Shown: positions 1-10,291, counted from the first letter of the stretch. The stretch is DNA of 64,000 nt from an uncultured delta proteobacterium (GCA_963850305.1 CAWKKR010000008.1:544001-608000); one strand, 5' to 3'. Numbers and translations are program-made. The notes: generated by a model from the letters alone, not told the origin.

Positions 1-1228
1 CGGAGCTCTCGCTCACGCTGAGAAAAAGCTCGAAATTCTCGTATGCCCTGGGATTGAACGTGCGCGATACGTCGAGCCGCGCAAATTCGGGAACCTTGCC
101 CGCACGATCTACGTTGAACAAAACGGGGACCAGCGGAATGCGCGACGGGTCACGCACGACGGAGAGCCGCTTCAGCAATGTTCCGAACGTGAATCGTTGA
201 TGATCGAATGCGTCGAGCAGCTCCTTTCTCACCTGCCGGGCGAAGTCGATGAAGGAGAGCTCCGGGTCGACGACCGCCGGGATCGGCAAGGTGTGCACAC
301 AATGACCGACCAGACCAGGCTCGCCGGCAAACGGTTGTCCCGCCGCCGGCATACCGACGGCGAAGGTGGGCTCCCCTGAAATCCGGAAGATGAACGCCTC
401 GAACGCAGCCAGCAGAGTTCCTGCGAAGCCGACGTTGGTGCGCTTCCCGAACGCGCGCAGAGCGCGGACGAGATCTCGGTCCAGAACGTAATTCTCGCGG
501 GCGGCGTCGAACGTTCGCTCGGGAGGTCGCACCCGATCCGTTGGCAGGTCGAACGCGCGAGCGCATCCCGAAAAGCGCGAAACCCAGAACCGCTCGTTTC
601 GCTGAATCTCCTCGGAACCGGCGGAGTCCCGCTCGTGGGTCGCGTAATCACCGAAGCGAGGCGCCGCCTGCAGCTTCGGACTCTCTTCGCAGACCTCGCT
701 CGAATAGAGGATCCCCAGCTCCGAAAGGACGATGTCCGCGGACCATCCATCGCACACCAGATGGTGGGCGGTGAAGAGCAACTCGTGACGGTCTTGGCCG
801 AGACGAAACAGGCGAAACCGCACCAGCGGCCCACGCTCGAGGTCGAATTCCGTGCGTGCCTCGCGCTCCCGCGCAGAAGAGAGGAGGGCCGCCTGCTCAT
901 CCCTTGTTCTTGCCGAGACGTCGTCCTCCTCGAAGGGGGCGCTCACCGACGCGAGTACGCAGAGCGTGGCGCCATCGCGACTGAACGTGATCCGGAGCGC
1001 ATCGTGCCGCAAAAGGAGGCGGTCTACCGCTCGGCGGAGCGCACTCGCATCGAGAGCCCCTCGCATCGCGAGCGACAGGGACTGATTGTACGACAGGTTC
1101 GCGGATGTCCCGCCGAGCTGGATCGCGGCCCAGATCTCTTGCTGAGCTTCGGTCGCCGGAGCCGTGCGTTCGATCTCGCCGGCGCCGAAGGGATTGAACT
1201 CGACGGGAACGACGGTTCCGGCGCTCAT
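1..1228 (-). CDS. NRPS beginning with a condensation domain (partial; 3' end runs off window start)
   Basis: Absent from ORF track because it has no stop in the window. Manual minus-strand translation from ATG 1228 (overlapping the upstream TGA, ATGA) gives MSAGTVVPVEFNPF..TEAQQEIW..RHDALRITF..FDLERGPLVRFRL..HHLVCDGWS..LPTDRVRP, the C-domain core motifs. Confidence 0.9.
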   Translation of the reverse strand, partial: MSAGTVVPVEFNPFGAGEIERTAPATEAQQEIWAAIQLGGTSANLSYNQSLSLAMRGALDASALRRAVDRLLLRHDALRITFSRDGATLCVLASVSAPFEEDDVSARTRDEQAALLSSAREREARTEFDLERGPLVRFRLFRLGQDRHELLFTAHHLVCDGWSADIVLSELGILYSSEVCEESPKLQAAPRFGDYATHERDSAGSEEIQRNERFWVSRFSGCARAFDLPTDRVRPPERTFDAARENYVLDRDLVRALRAFGKRTNVGFAGTLLAAFEAFIFRISGEPTFAVGMPAAGQPFAGEPGLVGHCVHTLPIPAVVDPELSFIDFARQVRKELLDAFDHQRFTFGTLLKRLSVVRDPSRIPLVPVLFNVDRAGKVPEFARLDVSRTFNPRAYENFELFLSVSESS

Positions 1229-3297
1229 GACGACAGCTCGACTTGCTGGAACATGCCGGGCCGACTCGGGTCCGGGACGAACCACGCGGGGTTTCCGTTC
1301 GAATCCCGTCCTAGCCGCGCTCCGGGCAGCGGCGGCCGCGCGAGCGCGGCCGGCGAATCTCGTCGCAAGAATCCGCTTTGGGTAAGCTCGGTCACGCTCT
1401 CCTGAAACCGTTCGACCACGAAGTCGACGTCGGAATCCGTGTGCGCGCACGTGAAGAACGATGGACGATGGTCGATCGCGTGCACGCCCTTGTCGCGTAA
1501 GAGCAAGAAGAGCAAATCTCGAAATGGCGTATGCACGGTAAACTCGATGCCGACGACCGAACTGAATCGATGGACCACGAGCGGAGCGCCGGTCCGTTCG
1601 AACCAGGCGTTCATGGCCGTCGCGAAGCGTTCCGCCCTGGCGTCCATCACCTCGTGCGCGGACGCGCCGAGAGCTCGGAGGTGCTCGAGCACGGCCTTTG
1701 CCGCCGCGAGCCCGAGCGGGTGGCGCGCCAGGGAACCCACGAAGTAAGTGACGCCGGCTTCCGGCATCGAATCGTCGCCATATTGCCAGTTGCCGCCGTC
1801 GAAGACGTCCATGTACGCGCGCCTGCCCGCGATGGCGCCGATGGGCAGCCCGCCGCCAAGCGCGCCGCCGTATGCCGCGAGGTCGGCCTTCACACCGAAC
1901 TTTTCCTGAGCGCCGCCGGGCGCGCATCGAAAGCCGGTCATGGTTTCGTCGAAGACCAGGGCAACGCCGACCTCCGTGGTCAGAGCCCTGAGGTCGCGCA
2001 CGAATGAACCGAGTTCGTGTTGCAGGCCCTGCAGGGGCTCGACGAGGACGGCCGCGATGTCGCGATGCCGCGCTCGAATCGTATCGAGCGCAGCCGGGTC
2101 TCCTTGCGACAGGATCGAGACGTTTTCGATGGCCGACCGCGCGACGCCGATGGCGGCGGGGATCGCGCGTGATCCGCGCCCGCGGCGCACCACGACCTCG
2201 TCGAACGCGCCGTGATACGCGCCATCGAAGACGACGAGCCCCTGACGTCCCGTCACCGCACGAGCAGCACGAATGGCACCCTGCATCGCCTCGGCGCCCG
2301 TGCTGCAGAAGAACACGCGCTCCATCCCGGTGGCGTCGCAGAAGAGACCGGAAACATCCTCGACGAGTGGATGTTGCGACCCGGTCTCGACGCCTCGATC
2401 GAGCTGCGTGAGGAGCGCCTCCTTCAAGAATGCAGGCGAATATCCGAAGAAGCTCTCGCCGTGCGCCGAGACCAGGTCGACGTACTCATTCCCGTCGAGG
2501 TCCCAGAATCGACACCCCGAGGAACGACTGGCCACGATCGGATAGGTGACCTCCTTGAGCTCCCTGCTGAAGCCACGCGCCGCGCGCGGGTCCGCCAGGT
2601 GCGCGCGGTTCTTCTGGGTGAACGCCTTCGATGACCTGGTCTTTTCGACGTAGCGCTCGACGAGGCTCGCGACGTATCGCTCCTGTTCGGCGGTCAGCGC
2701 AGCCGCGCGTTCGCGAGACGAGAAGACCGCGAAGCGCCGCCCAATCGAGAGCGGGGCGGATTCTGGGGCCCGCGCGCGTTCGGACGGACCCGCGTCCAGA
2801 GCGAGCGCGTCGCGCGTCCGCTCGATGGCCGAGGACAACGCCGAGACGACGACCGAGGACGAGGCGTCTCCGATCGCCGTCAAGATCTCGAGCTGCCGCG
2901 CCATCACTCCGAGCTGACGACCGACCACGTGTGCGGCGAAACCGGCGGGCACGAGGGTGTCTCGTTGGTTCGCGAGCGGAGGGTGGAGAAGTCTCTCCGT
3001 CGGCTCACCCTCGTCGACGGGCAACGTCGCGTCGAGATGCTCCGCGAGCGCTCCCACCGACGATAGGTCTTCGAGCAAACGGCGCAGCTTGAGAGAAACG
3101 CCGAATTTCGCGGAGACCTGCTGCGCAATCTGCGTCAAGAGCAACGAGTCGAAGCCGAGCTCCACGAACGTTGCCGGTACGTCGCGTTCGGCGATCGGCT
3201 CCCCCGAGGTGCGAAGGACGAGCTCGCACAGTTCCGCCACGAGCCGCTCGCGTCGGGGCTGTCGCGACACGTCATCAGGACGATCCGTGGTCAGCAT
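1225..3297 (-). CDS. ACP + class III (GSA-aminomutase-like) aminotransferase domain protein of a hybrid PKS/NRPS
   Basis: N-terminal ACP motif FVELGFDSLLL; aminotransferase motifs WDLDGNEYVD, STGAEA, GAYHG, LVFDETMTGFR; McyE/MycA-type ACP-AMT architecture. Confidence 0.9.
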   Translation of the reverse strand: MLTTDRPDDVSRQPRRERLVAELCELVLRTSGEPIAERDVPATFVELGFDSLLLTQIAQQVSAKFGVSLKLRRLLEDLSSVGALAEHLDATLPVDEGEPTERLLHPPLANQRDTLVPAGFAAHVVGRQLGVMARQLEILTAIGDASSSVVVSALSSAIERTRDALALDAGPSERARAPESAPLSIGRRFAVFSSRERAAALTAEQERYVASLVERYVEKTRSSKAFTQKNRAHLADPRAARGFSRELKEVTYPIVASRSSGCRFWDLDGNEYVDLVSAHGESFFGYSPAFLKEALLTQLDRGVETGSQHPLVEDVSGLFCDATGMERVFFCSTGAEAMQGAIRAARAVTGRQGLVVFDGAYHGAFDEVVVRRGRGSRAIPAAIGVARSAIENVSILSQGDPAALDTIRARHRDIAAVLVEPLQGLQHELGSFVRDLRALTTEVGVALVFDETMTGFRCAPGGAQEKFGVKADLAAYGGALGGGLPIGAIAGRRAYMDVFDGGNWQYGDDSMPEAGVTYFVGSLARHPLGLAAAKAVLEHLRALGASAHEVMDARAERFATAMNAWFERTGAPLVVHRFSSVVGIEFTVHTPFRDLLFLLLRDKGVHAIDHRPSFFTCAHTDSDVDFVVERFQESVTELTQSGFLRRDSPAALARPPLPGARLGRDSNGNPAWFVPDPSRPGMFQQVELSS

Positions 3298-3307
3298 TCG
3301 AGGTACC

Positions 3308-6300
3308 TCATGCGATCTCCTCGGGCATGGCGCTCGCTCGGCTGAGCCGAGAAACTGCGTCGAGCTCCCGGGTCATCCGATCGAGCTGGTCTAGAACGAG
3401 TCGCTCGATGTCCGCGCCGCGTGCCGTCGCGACGAACGAGGCGCCGGGGCTCTCTTGCCGTGGCGCTGGCTCGAGAAAGTGACGATCGCGGGCGAAGGGA
3501 TACGAGGGGAGCGAGACGACCCGCCGAGGAGCCGCCGCCTGCGCAGCCTCCCAGTCGATCGAAACGTGAGACAACCAGAGCTCGCCGAGCGCGGCCTGGA
3601 ACGCAGCTTCCTCGCGCTCGGGTGCATCGCCGAGAGTGCTCACTGCGATTTGCTGCGTACGCCCGGTTGCGACTCGACGAGCGAGCGCCGAGCAGGTGCG
3701 ACCGGGGCCCACTTCGAGGACGAGCCGTGCGGGGTCGACGAACAGCGTCTCGAGTGCGTCGTGGAAGCGCACCGGCAATCGAAGATGCCTTGCCCAATAA
3801 TGCGGATCGCACGCTTCTTCCCCCGTGAGAAGCGCGCCCGTGGCCGTGGACACCACGGGGATCTTCGGTGGAGACATGCGCACGCGTCGCACCGACTCCG
3901 TGAAAGGGGCGATGACGGGGTCCATCATGCTGGAGTGGAACGCGTGGGAGGTCTTGAGCAGACGCACGGGCAGGCCCTCCCTCTCGAGGTCCGCAGCGAA
4001 CGCGGCCACCGACTCCCGCAAACCCGAGACGACGCACGAACTCGGCCCGTTCACGGCGGCGAGGGAGACTCCGGCCGGCAATCTGGCCTGGAGAGCCGTG
4101 GCGGGCGCTCGCGTGGCAAGCATCGCTCCGGGTGGCAGCGCTTGCATCAGACGGCCGCGCTCTGCCACGAGCAACGCGGCGTCTTCCAGCGAGAAGACGC
4201 CGGCGAGACAGGCCGCGACGAACTCGCCGACGCTGTGCCCTGCGAGCGCCCGCGGTTCGACCCCCAGGCTCCTCAGCGAGGACGACAGCGCATACTCGAT
4301 CGCGAAGAGCGCCGGCTGCGTGAACAGCGTCTGCTGGAGGTTCGCTTCCGCATCGCCGTCGTCGCCGCCACCGAAAAACATGACCTCGCGGAGCTCGCAA
4401 CCCAGAGCCTGCGTCAGGAGTTCGGAACATTGATCGATGCCCCGGCGAAACACCGGATCGACGGCGTAGAGGCCGCGACCCATGCCCGCGTACTGCGCAC
4501 CCTGGCCGGGAAAGACGAAGGCCAGCGCGGGCTCGGACGAACTCGTCGCGCACGACGCCCCGCGGGAGGCACGTAGAGCCGAAACTGCACTTTCTCGATC
4601 CGCTGCGACGACCGCGCGACGCCGCGAAAAATGAACGCGTCGCGATTGGAGCACATGGGCCACGTCGCCCAGGTCGACCCGTGGATGCGCATCGAGGAAC
4701 GCCGCGAGCTCCTCGGTAGACCGAGCGACTGCGTCGTCCGTCTTCGCCGACAGCAGAAGGAGGTGCGCGCCGCGCTGGTGGCCCTCCCGGACGGGAACCG
4801 GCGCTTCCTCGACGATCACGTGCGCGTTCGTTCCACCGACGCCGAAGGAGCTGACCCCGGCGATCCGCGGCTGCCCGTCGGGGACGTGCCAGGGGGCGAG
4901 CGACGTCTGGACGAAAAATGGCGTCTTCGGAAAATCGATATTCGGGTTCGGCGCGTCGAAGAACAGGCTCGGCGGGAGCGTCCGGTGGTAAAGCGCGAGC
5001 GCGGTCTTGATGAGCCCGGCCACGCCGGACGCCGCCGTCAGGTGCCCGAGGTTGCTCTTGACGGATCCAAGCGCGCAAAATCCGGCCTCCTCGGTGCGAG
5101 CTCGAAACGCGCGGGTCAAAGCCTCGACCTCGACGGGGTCGCCGATCGGCGTCGCCGTCCCATGAGCCTCGACGTAGGAGATCATCCGCGGGTCGACGTC
5201 CGCGTCAGCGTGCGCCATTTCGATCACGGCGACCTGACCGGCCACGCTCGGCGCCGTGTAGCTGGCTTTGCATCCGCCGTCGTTGTTGACGGCCGTTCCG
5301 CGGATCACCGCATACACCCGATCTCCATCCCGCTTCGCGTCGGAGAGTCGCTTGAGCACGACCATGGCGGCGCCGTCGCTGAACACCGTCCCGGTCGCGC
5401 TCGCGTCGAAGGGGCGCGTATGACCGTCGGCGCTCAGCATCGCGCCTTCCGTGTGCACGTGTCCGGACCGCTGCGGCACGGTGACGGACGCCGCGCCCGC
5501 GAGAGCCACGTCGCACTCGCGGTTGAAGAGGCTCCGAACCGCCTGGCAGACTGCGACGAGCGACGTCGAGCACGCCGTGTGAACGGAGACGGCGGGGCCC
5601 GTGAGATCGAGCTTGTGGGCGATGCGCGTCGCGACGAAGTCCTTGTCGTTCCCGAGCAGGACGCCAAACTCCCCCACTGCGTCCACGCGATCGCGCCGCG
5701 TAACGACGTTCCTCAGGAGATATGTGTTGTGTCCGGTTCCCGCGAACACACCGACGGGCCCGGCCGTCTTTCCAGGGACGATGGCCGCGTCTTCGAGCGC
5801 GGCCCACGCGACCTCGAGGAGAACTCGCTGCTGCGGATCCAGAATCTCGGCGTTCGAACCGGTCTCGCCGAAGAACGCGGCGTCGAACCGGTCCGCGTCC
5901 TCGACGATCCCTCGCGCCTTCACGTAATTCGGACTCGATGCGTCCACCGATTCGTCGAGCTCGCCGTCGCCGAAAAACCGTACCGACTCGACTCCAGCGC
6001 AGAGATTTTCCCAGAAGACGCCGACGTCGTTCGCTCCAGGGAACTTGCCGGCCATGCCGACGATGGCGACCGGTTCGCGCAGCGGGGGGCGACGCACGAC
6101 ACGCGCGCGGTCCACCGCGGGCTGGTTGCTCCCCAGAGCGAGCGCGACTCCGCGGACAGTGGGTCGCTCGAAGAAGGTGACGACGGAGACGGTGCGGCCC
6201 AGCTCGCGACCAAGCGCGAGGAGGCTCTCGACCGCCAGCAACGAAGAGCCACCTAGATCGAAGAATGCGTCGTCGCGCCCGACGCGCTCGACACGAAGAA

Positions 6301-7942
6301 TCCGACACCACACGTTCGCGACGGCGATCTCCAGGGCTCCCTGCGGCTCGCGGTACTCCGTGTCGAGAGCAGGTCTCGCTGCAGAAGGCGCCGGGAGGGC
6401 ACGGCGGTCCACTTTTCCGTTTTCGGTGAGCGGTAGCTTGTCGAGGAGGACGATGGCGGACGGAATCATGTAGTCCGGCAGCCGCCTCTTGCAGCGCGCG
6501 TGCAGCTCCTCACGAAGTTGCGGATTCGGTGCCGAGGCGGAAACGTACGCGACGAGTCGCTTGTCACCTGGCGCGTCCTCGCGCGCCACGACCACGACTT
6601 CACCGACGCCCCGGTGCTCCGCCAGAAGGGACTCGATCTCACCGAGCTCGATCCTGAATCCCCGGATCTTGACCTGCTGATCGATGCGTCCGAGATATTC
6701 CATGTCGCCCGAGGGCAAGCGACGAGCGGAGTCGCCGCTCCGGTAGAGCCGGCGAAGGACGCCGCCGATCTCCTTGTCGATGAAGCGCGCAGCAGTCAGT
6801 TCCGGACGGTTCAGGTAGCCGCGCGCCAGACCGGGCCCTTCCACGAAGATCTCGCCAGGCTCGCCGTCTTTCACCTCGGTCAGGGCGTCGTCGAGGAGAT
6901 GGACGCGAAGATCGGGGATCGGCAGGCCGATGAGACTCCCCTGCCTCCCGTTCAAATCACTTCGCGTGACTGGCCGGTAAGTCACGTGAACGGTGGTCTC
7001 GGTGATACCGTACATGTTCACGAGCCGTGGGCGCTCGTCGCCGAAGCGCTCGATCCAGGGGCGAAGGCTCTGGAAGTCGAGAGCCTCCCCGGCGAACACG
7101 ATGCTCCGGAGCGAGAGCTGCGGATCCCGCGTCTCGGCGGTCACGGCCATCGAAAACTGTCGGAAGGCGGACGGGGTCTGACTGAGGACGGTCACGTGCT
7201 CTCGCGCGAGAAGGTCGCGAAAGTCGGTCGGGGAACGACTGACCGCGTACGGCACGACAACCAGCGTTGCGCCGTGAAGCAACGCGCCCCACATCTCCCA
7301 GACGGACACGTCGAACGCGTACGAATGAAACAGGCAGAAGACGTCCGCCGGACCGAAGGCGAACCAGTTCGCGGTCGACTCGAACAGGCGAACGACGTTC
7401 GAGTGCGCAATCGGTACGCCCTTGGGACGACCCGTGGACCCGGACGTATAGATGACGTACGCGAGATCCCCTGCCTTCACTCCGGACACGACGCGATCAG
7501 CGGACTCGACATCCGTATCTTCGATGAACACGGTCCGGAGGTGCACGGGGCTCGGCACGTCGATGAGACCGCGGTGCGTGACCAGCACGGGCGCAGCCGA
7601 GTCCTCGAGCATGAAGCCGGCCCGCTCTCGCGGATACGCCGGATCGAGGGGAACGTAAGCACCACCGGCCTTGAGGATGCCGACGATCCCGATGACGACG
7701 TCGGGCGAACGATCGACCGCCAGCCCGACGAGCGAACCGGGTCCTACGCCGTGTCTCGTCAGGCGCTGCGCGAGGCGATTGGCGCGTCGATCGAGCTCTC
7801 CGTAACTGAGCCTGTGACCTTCGAATACGACGGCCGTCGCGTCGGGCGCCTCGTCCACGCGGCGTTCGAAGATCTCGTGCAAGCCACGTTCTGTGGCCGC
7901 CGCTGACCACGGTTCTTGCGAGCGATGGGGGGCCCTCTGCAC
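3308..7942 (-). CDS. Hybrid NRPS-PKS: adenylation-PCP-ketosynthase-acyltransferase
   Basis: A domain (YTSGSTGRPKG, NMYGITETT, YRSGD, NGKVDR), PCP (FFDLGGSSL), KS (HTACSTS, HGTAT, NLGHL), AT (GHSVGE, HAFHS, malonyl-type). Confidence 0.95.
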   Translation of the reverse strand: MQRAPHRSQEPWSAAATERGLHEIFERRVDEAPDATAVVFEGHRLSYGELDRRANRLAQRLTRHGVGPGSLVGLAVDRSPDVVIGIVGILKAGGAYVPLDPAYPRERAGFMLEDSAAPVLVTHRGLIDVPSPVHLRTVFIEDTDVESADRVVSGVKAGDLAYVIYTSGSTGRPKGVPIAHSNVVRLFESTANWFAFGPADVFCLFHSYAFDVSVWEMWGALLHGATLVVVPYAVSRSPTDFRDLLAREHVTVLSQTPSAFRQFSMAVTAETRDPQLSLRSIVFAGEALDFQSLRPWIERFGDERPRLVNMYGITETTVHVTYRPVTRSDLNGRQGSLIGLPIPDLRVHLLDDALTEVKDGEPGEIFVEGPGLARGYLNRPELTAARFIDKEIGGVLRRLYRSGDSARRLPSGDMEYLGRIDQQVKIRGFRIELGEIESLLAEHRGVGEVVVVAREDAPGDKRLVAYVSASAPNPQLREELHARCKRRLPDYMIPSAIVLLDKLPLTENGKVDRRALPAPSAARPALDTEYREPQGALEIAVANVWCRILRVERVGRDDAFFDLGGSSLLAVESLLALGRELGRTVSVVTFFERPTVRGVALALGSNQPAVDRARVVRRPPLREPVAIVGMAGKFPGANDVGVFWENLCAGVESVRFFGDGELDESVDASSPNYVKARGIVEDADRFDAAFFGETGSNAEILDPQQRVLLEVAWAALEDAAIVPGKTAGPVGVFAGTGHNTYLLRNVVTRRDRVDAVGEFGVLLGNDKDFVATRIAHKLDLTGPAVSVHTACSTSLVAVCQAVRSLFNRECDVALAGAASVTVPQRSGHVHTEGAMLSADGHTRPFDASATGTVFSDGAAMVVLKRLSDAKRDGDRVYAVIRGTAVNNDGGCKASYTAPSVAGQVAVIEMAHADADVDPRMISYVEAHGTATPIGDPVEVEALTRAFRARTEEAGFCALGSVKSNLGHLTAASGVAGLIKTALALYHRTLPPSLFFDAPNPNIDFPKTPFFVQTSLAPWHVPDGQPRIAGVSSFGVGGTNAHVIVEEAPVPVREGHQRGAHLLLLSAKTDDAVARSTEELAAFLDAHPRVDLGDVAHVLQSRRVHFSRRRAVVAADRESAVSALRASRGASCATSSSEPALAFVFPGQGAQYAGMGRGLYAVDPVFRRGIDQCSELLTQALGCELREVMFFGGGDDGDAEANLQQTLFTQPALFAIEYALSSSLRSLGVEPRALAGHSVGEFVAACLAGVFSLEDAALLVAERGRLMQALPPGAMLATRAPATALQARLPAGVSLAAVNGPSSCVVSGLRESVAAFAADLEREGLPVRLLKTSHAFHSSMMDPVIAPFTESVRRVRMSPPKIPVVSTATGALLTGEEACDPHYWARHLRLPVRFHDALETLFVDPARLVLEVGPGRTCSALARRVATGRTQQIAVSTLGDAPEREEAAFQAALGELWLSHVSIDWEAAQAAAPRRVVSLPSYPFARDRHFLEPAPRQESPGASFVATARGADIERLVLDQLDRMTRELDAVSRLSRASAMPEEIA

Positions 7943-8044
7943 GCGCGATCCGTCGCGCCGAGATCCTGTGACGTCAATGTGAGCGCGACTCCAAACACAC
8001 GTGCGCTCTTAGATTGCGAGGCCGACGCGCACGACGCGCGCCGA

Positions 8045-8608
8045 TCACTTACCCGCGCGATAAAATCCTGCGCCGGATGCGTAGAGGACCGTGGGCGCAT
8101 TCTTCGGAGTCAGCTTGAGCGCCTCGGCTGCCTCCGTATCCAGATAAAGACCGGGGCCCCAACCCTCCGGCTGATCTTCGTCGACGCGGGAAGCGGCATC
8201 CGCATAGAGAGCGCGACGGAGCGGCTCGCTTGGATTCGACAGCGTGACGACCGCAGCTTCGCCGACGAACTCACTCGAAACGGACGACTCTCGGTCTTCG
8301 ACCCAGCGGCCACCGTGCGTGACCGCTCCGACGGTCGGAAAACCTCCTTCGTCGAGCCGCGTCCGTACGAAGCGAGCCCACCGAACAGGGTTTTCGGTCT
8401 CCGCGCCCTCGGCGACTTCGGCGTAATGAGCGTGGCCGAAGTCGAGGATATTCACGTCGCGACCGAGTGGAAGGTCGCGAACGCACCCGCGCACGATCTC
8501 GCGAAAGGCCCGGAACCTGGTCACGAACTGGTCGCGTTCGAGACCGTATTCATCATCCTCAACGTGGAAGTACGACAGCCAGATCCCATACGCGTTCTCG
8601 TCGATCAT
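8045..8608 (-). CDS. Hypothetical protein
   Basis: 187-aa ORF with normal globular composition, same strand as and directly upstream of the NRPS-PKS gene. Confidence 0.7.
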   Translation of the reverse strand: MIDENAYGIWLSYFHVEDDEYGLERDQFVTRFRAFREIVRGCVRDLPLGRDVNILDFGHAHYAEVAEGAETENPVRWARFVRTRLDEGGFPTVGAVTHGGRWVEDRESSVSSEFVGEAAVVTLSNPSEPLRRALYADAASRVDEDQPEGWGPGLYLDTEAAEALKLTPKNAPTVLYASGAGFYRAGK

Positions 8609-8965
8609 GAAGGTGTTGCCTGCAGGGCGTTCCGAGCATCGATGCGCCTCGGCCGATCCTCGGGTTTGGCCGGGCGGAAGCGACTCGCTAGAGCGGACCG
8701 TGAGCAGCGATGGCGGGCTGCCTGATCCGTGCCGTGTTGACGGGTGTTCGGGCGATCACGGAACTCGACCGCGTCGCAGTCTACGCGACCACAATTTCAT
8801 TCGGTCGTCCGAGATCACGAGAGGGCCTCCAGAAGAGAAGCGCCGACGGTATCACTTTTCGGCGCGACCGGAGCCGACCGCCTTCGCGCCACTCGCAAGC
8901 GGGAGGGCACTCACTCGGACCGGGCCGTTGCCGAGGAGGCGCGGGCCACGGTACGCTGCTTTCCC

Positions 8966-10291
8966 ATGGAACTCCTTTCGCCGGGCATCGTTCTTGCGGC
9001 GTACGCCGAACCTCTGCTCGAAGGTCGCCGGGTCGTCGTCTTCGGGGACGGCACGTCGGCCCTTTCGGCCGAACTCGTGGAGAGGGGTGCGCGCACGGTC
9101 CACGTCTACGATCCGGAGACCTCCCGCGCGGCGGTCGCCGCCGGCAGAAATCGCTCGAAGCAGATATCGGTGGTGCCCCTCGACGAGGCGGACGTCGCGA
9201 TCCGTGACGGCGCGTTCGACGTCGCAATCGTCGAAGACCTCTGCGACGCAACGGAACCTGCCGCTCTCCTGAAGCGCGTTCGTCGCGCCCTGTCGCAGCG
9301 AGGCGTCGCGATCGTGGCGTCGCCGAACGCGGAGGCACGGCGCGCCCTCGTGCCTCGAACGGGCGCCGGACGTGGCGCCAGCATCGGATATTACGAACTC
9401 TATGACGCCGTCGCCGCGGAATTCCCGGAAGTGCGCATGCTCGGCCAGACGCCTTTCGTGGGGTACGCCATCGTGGACTTTGCCCCCGAGGGCGAACCGG
9501 ACGTGCGCATCGACAGCGGATTGGTGCCCGGTGGCGCCGAGGAGCCGGAGTGGTTCGTCGCGCTGGCAAGCCGCCACCCGGTCGAGTGCGACGCCTTTGG
9601 ACTCGTGCAGCTACCTTCGGCGCGCGTGCTCGGCCGGCGCGAAGTGGACGAGGAACTCGCCGCGGAGCTGAGAGCGGCACGAGCCAACGAGGCGCGCCTG
9701 GTCGATCGCGTCGCGGTCCTGGAACGCTCGCAGCTCGACGCGAGCGCGAAGGCCGCCACGCTCGACGGGTCGACAGCGAGGATCGCCGCGCTGGAAGCCG
9801 AGCTCGCAGGCGCGACCGAACGCTTCGAACGAGAGCTTCGTCACGTCCGCGGAGAAAGCGAGTCATCGTTGAATCGGATCCGCGCGCTGAGTCTCGAAAA
9901 GCAAGCCCTCGAAGAGACGCTCGCGACCGAACGGACCGCCCAGGTAGAGCTCGCCGCCGCGGTCGCTCGAAAAAGCGAGGAACTCACGCACCTCAGGGCC
10001 ACGGCGTCTCCGCCGGAGGACGAGGAGATTGCGCGCCTGGAATCCAATCTGAAGGAGCGTGGAGAGCGCGTTCGAGAGCTCGAAACGGATCTGCGCGAGT
10101 CGGAACGATTGGGGCACGAGCTCATCCGCGAACTCGCGAAGCATCGCGGTGAGACGGATCGAGCGGGCGTGTCGGGGACGGACGTGCTGGCAACGCAAAA
10201 TGCCCGACTTCTCGCCGATCTCGAAGCGGCGGGGTGGACCATCCAGGAGCTGGAAGAGCGCCTCTCACGAACCGCCACGGCCGCGCGTTGA
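8966..10291 (+). CDS. SAM-methyltransferase-like N-terminal domain + long coiled-coil protein
   Basis: Degenerate Rossmann motifs (RRVVVFGDG, DGAFDVAIV, LLKRVRRALSQRG) then an Glu/Ala/Arg-rich heptad region. Start taken at ATG 8966 rather than the track's 8744. Confidence 0.7.
   Translation: MELLSPGIVLAAYAEPLLEGRRVVVFGDGTSALSAELVERGARTVHVYDPETSRAAVAAGRNRSKQISVVPLDEADVAIRDGAFDVAIVEDLCDATEPAALLKRVRRALSQRGVAIVASPNAEARRALVPRTGAGRGASIGYYELYDAVAAEFPEVRMLGQTPFVGYAIVDFAPEGEPDVRIDSGLVPGGAEEPEWFVALASRHPVECDAFGLVQLPSARVLGRREVDEELAAELRAARANEARLVDRVAVLERSQLDASAKAATLDGSTARIAALEAELAGATERFERELRHVRGESESSLNRIRALSLEKQALEETLATERTAQVELAAAVARKSEELTHLRATASPPEDEEIARLESNLKERGERVRELETDLRESERLGHELIRELAKHRGETDRAGVSGTDVLATQNARLLADLEAAGWTIQELEERLSRTATAAR

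Noticed and set aside
635..7906. Long plus-strand ORFs (635, 3455, 4631, 6500)
   Set aside because: Antisense shadows of the NRPS/PKS genes, typical of high-GC DNA.
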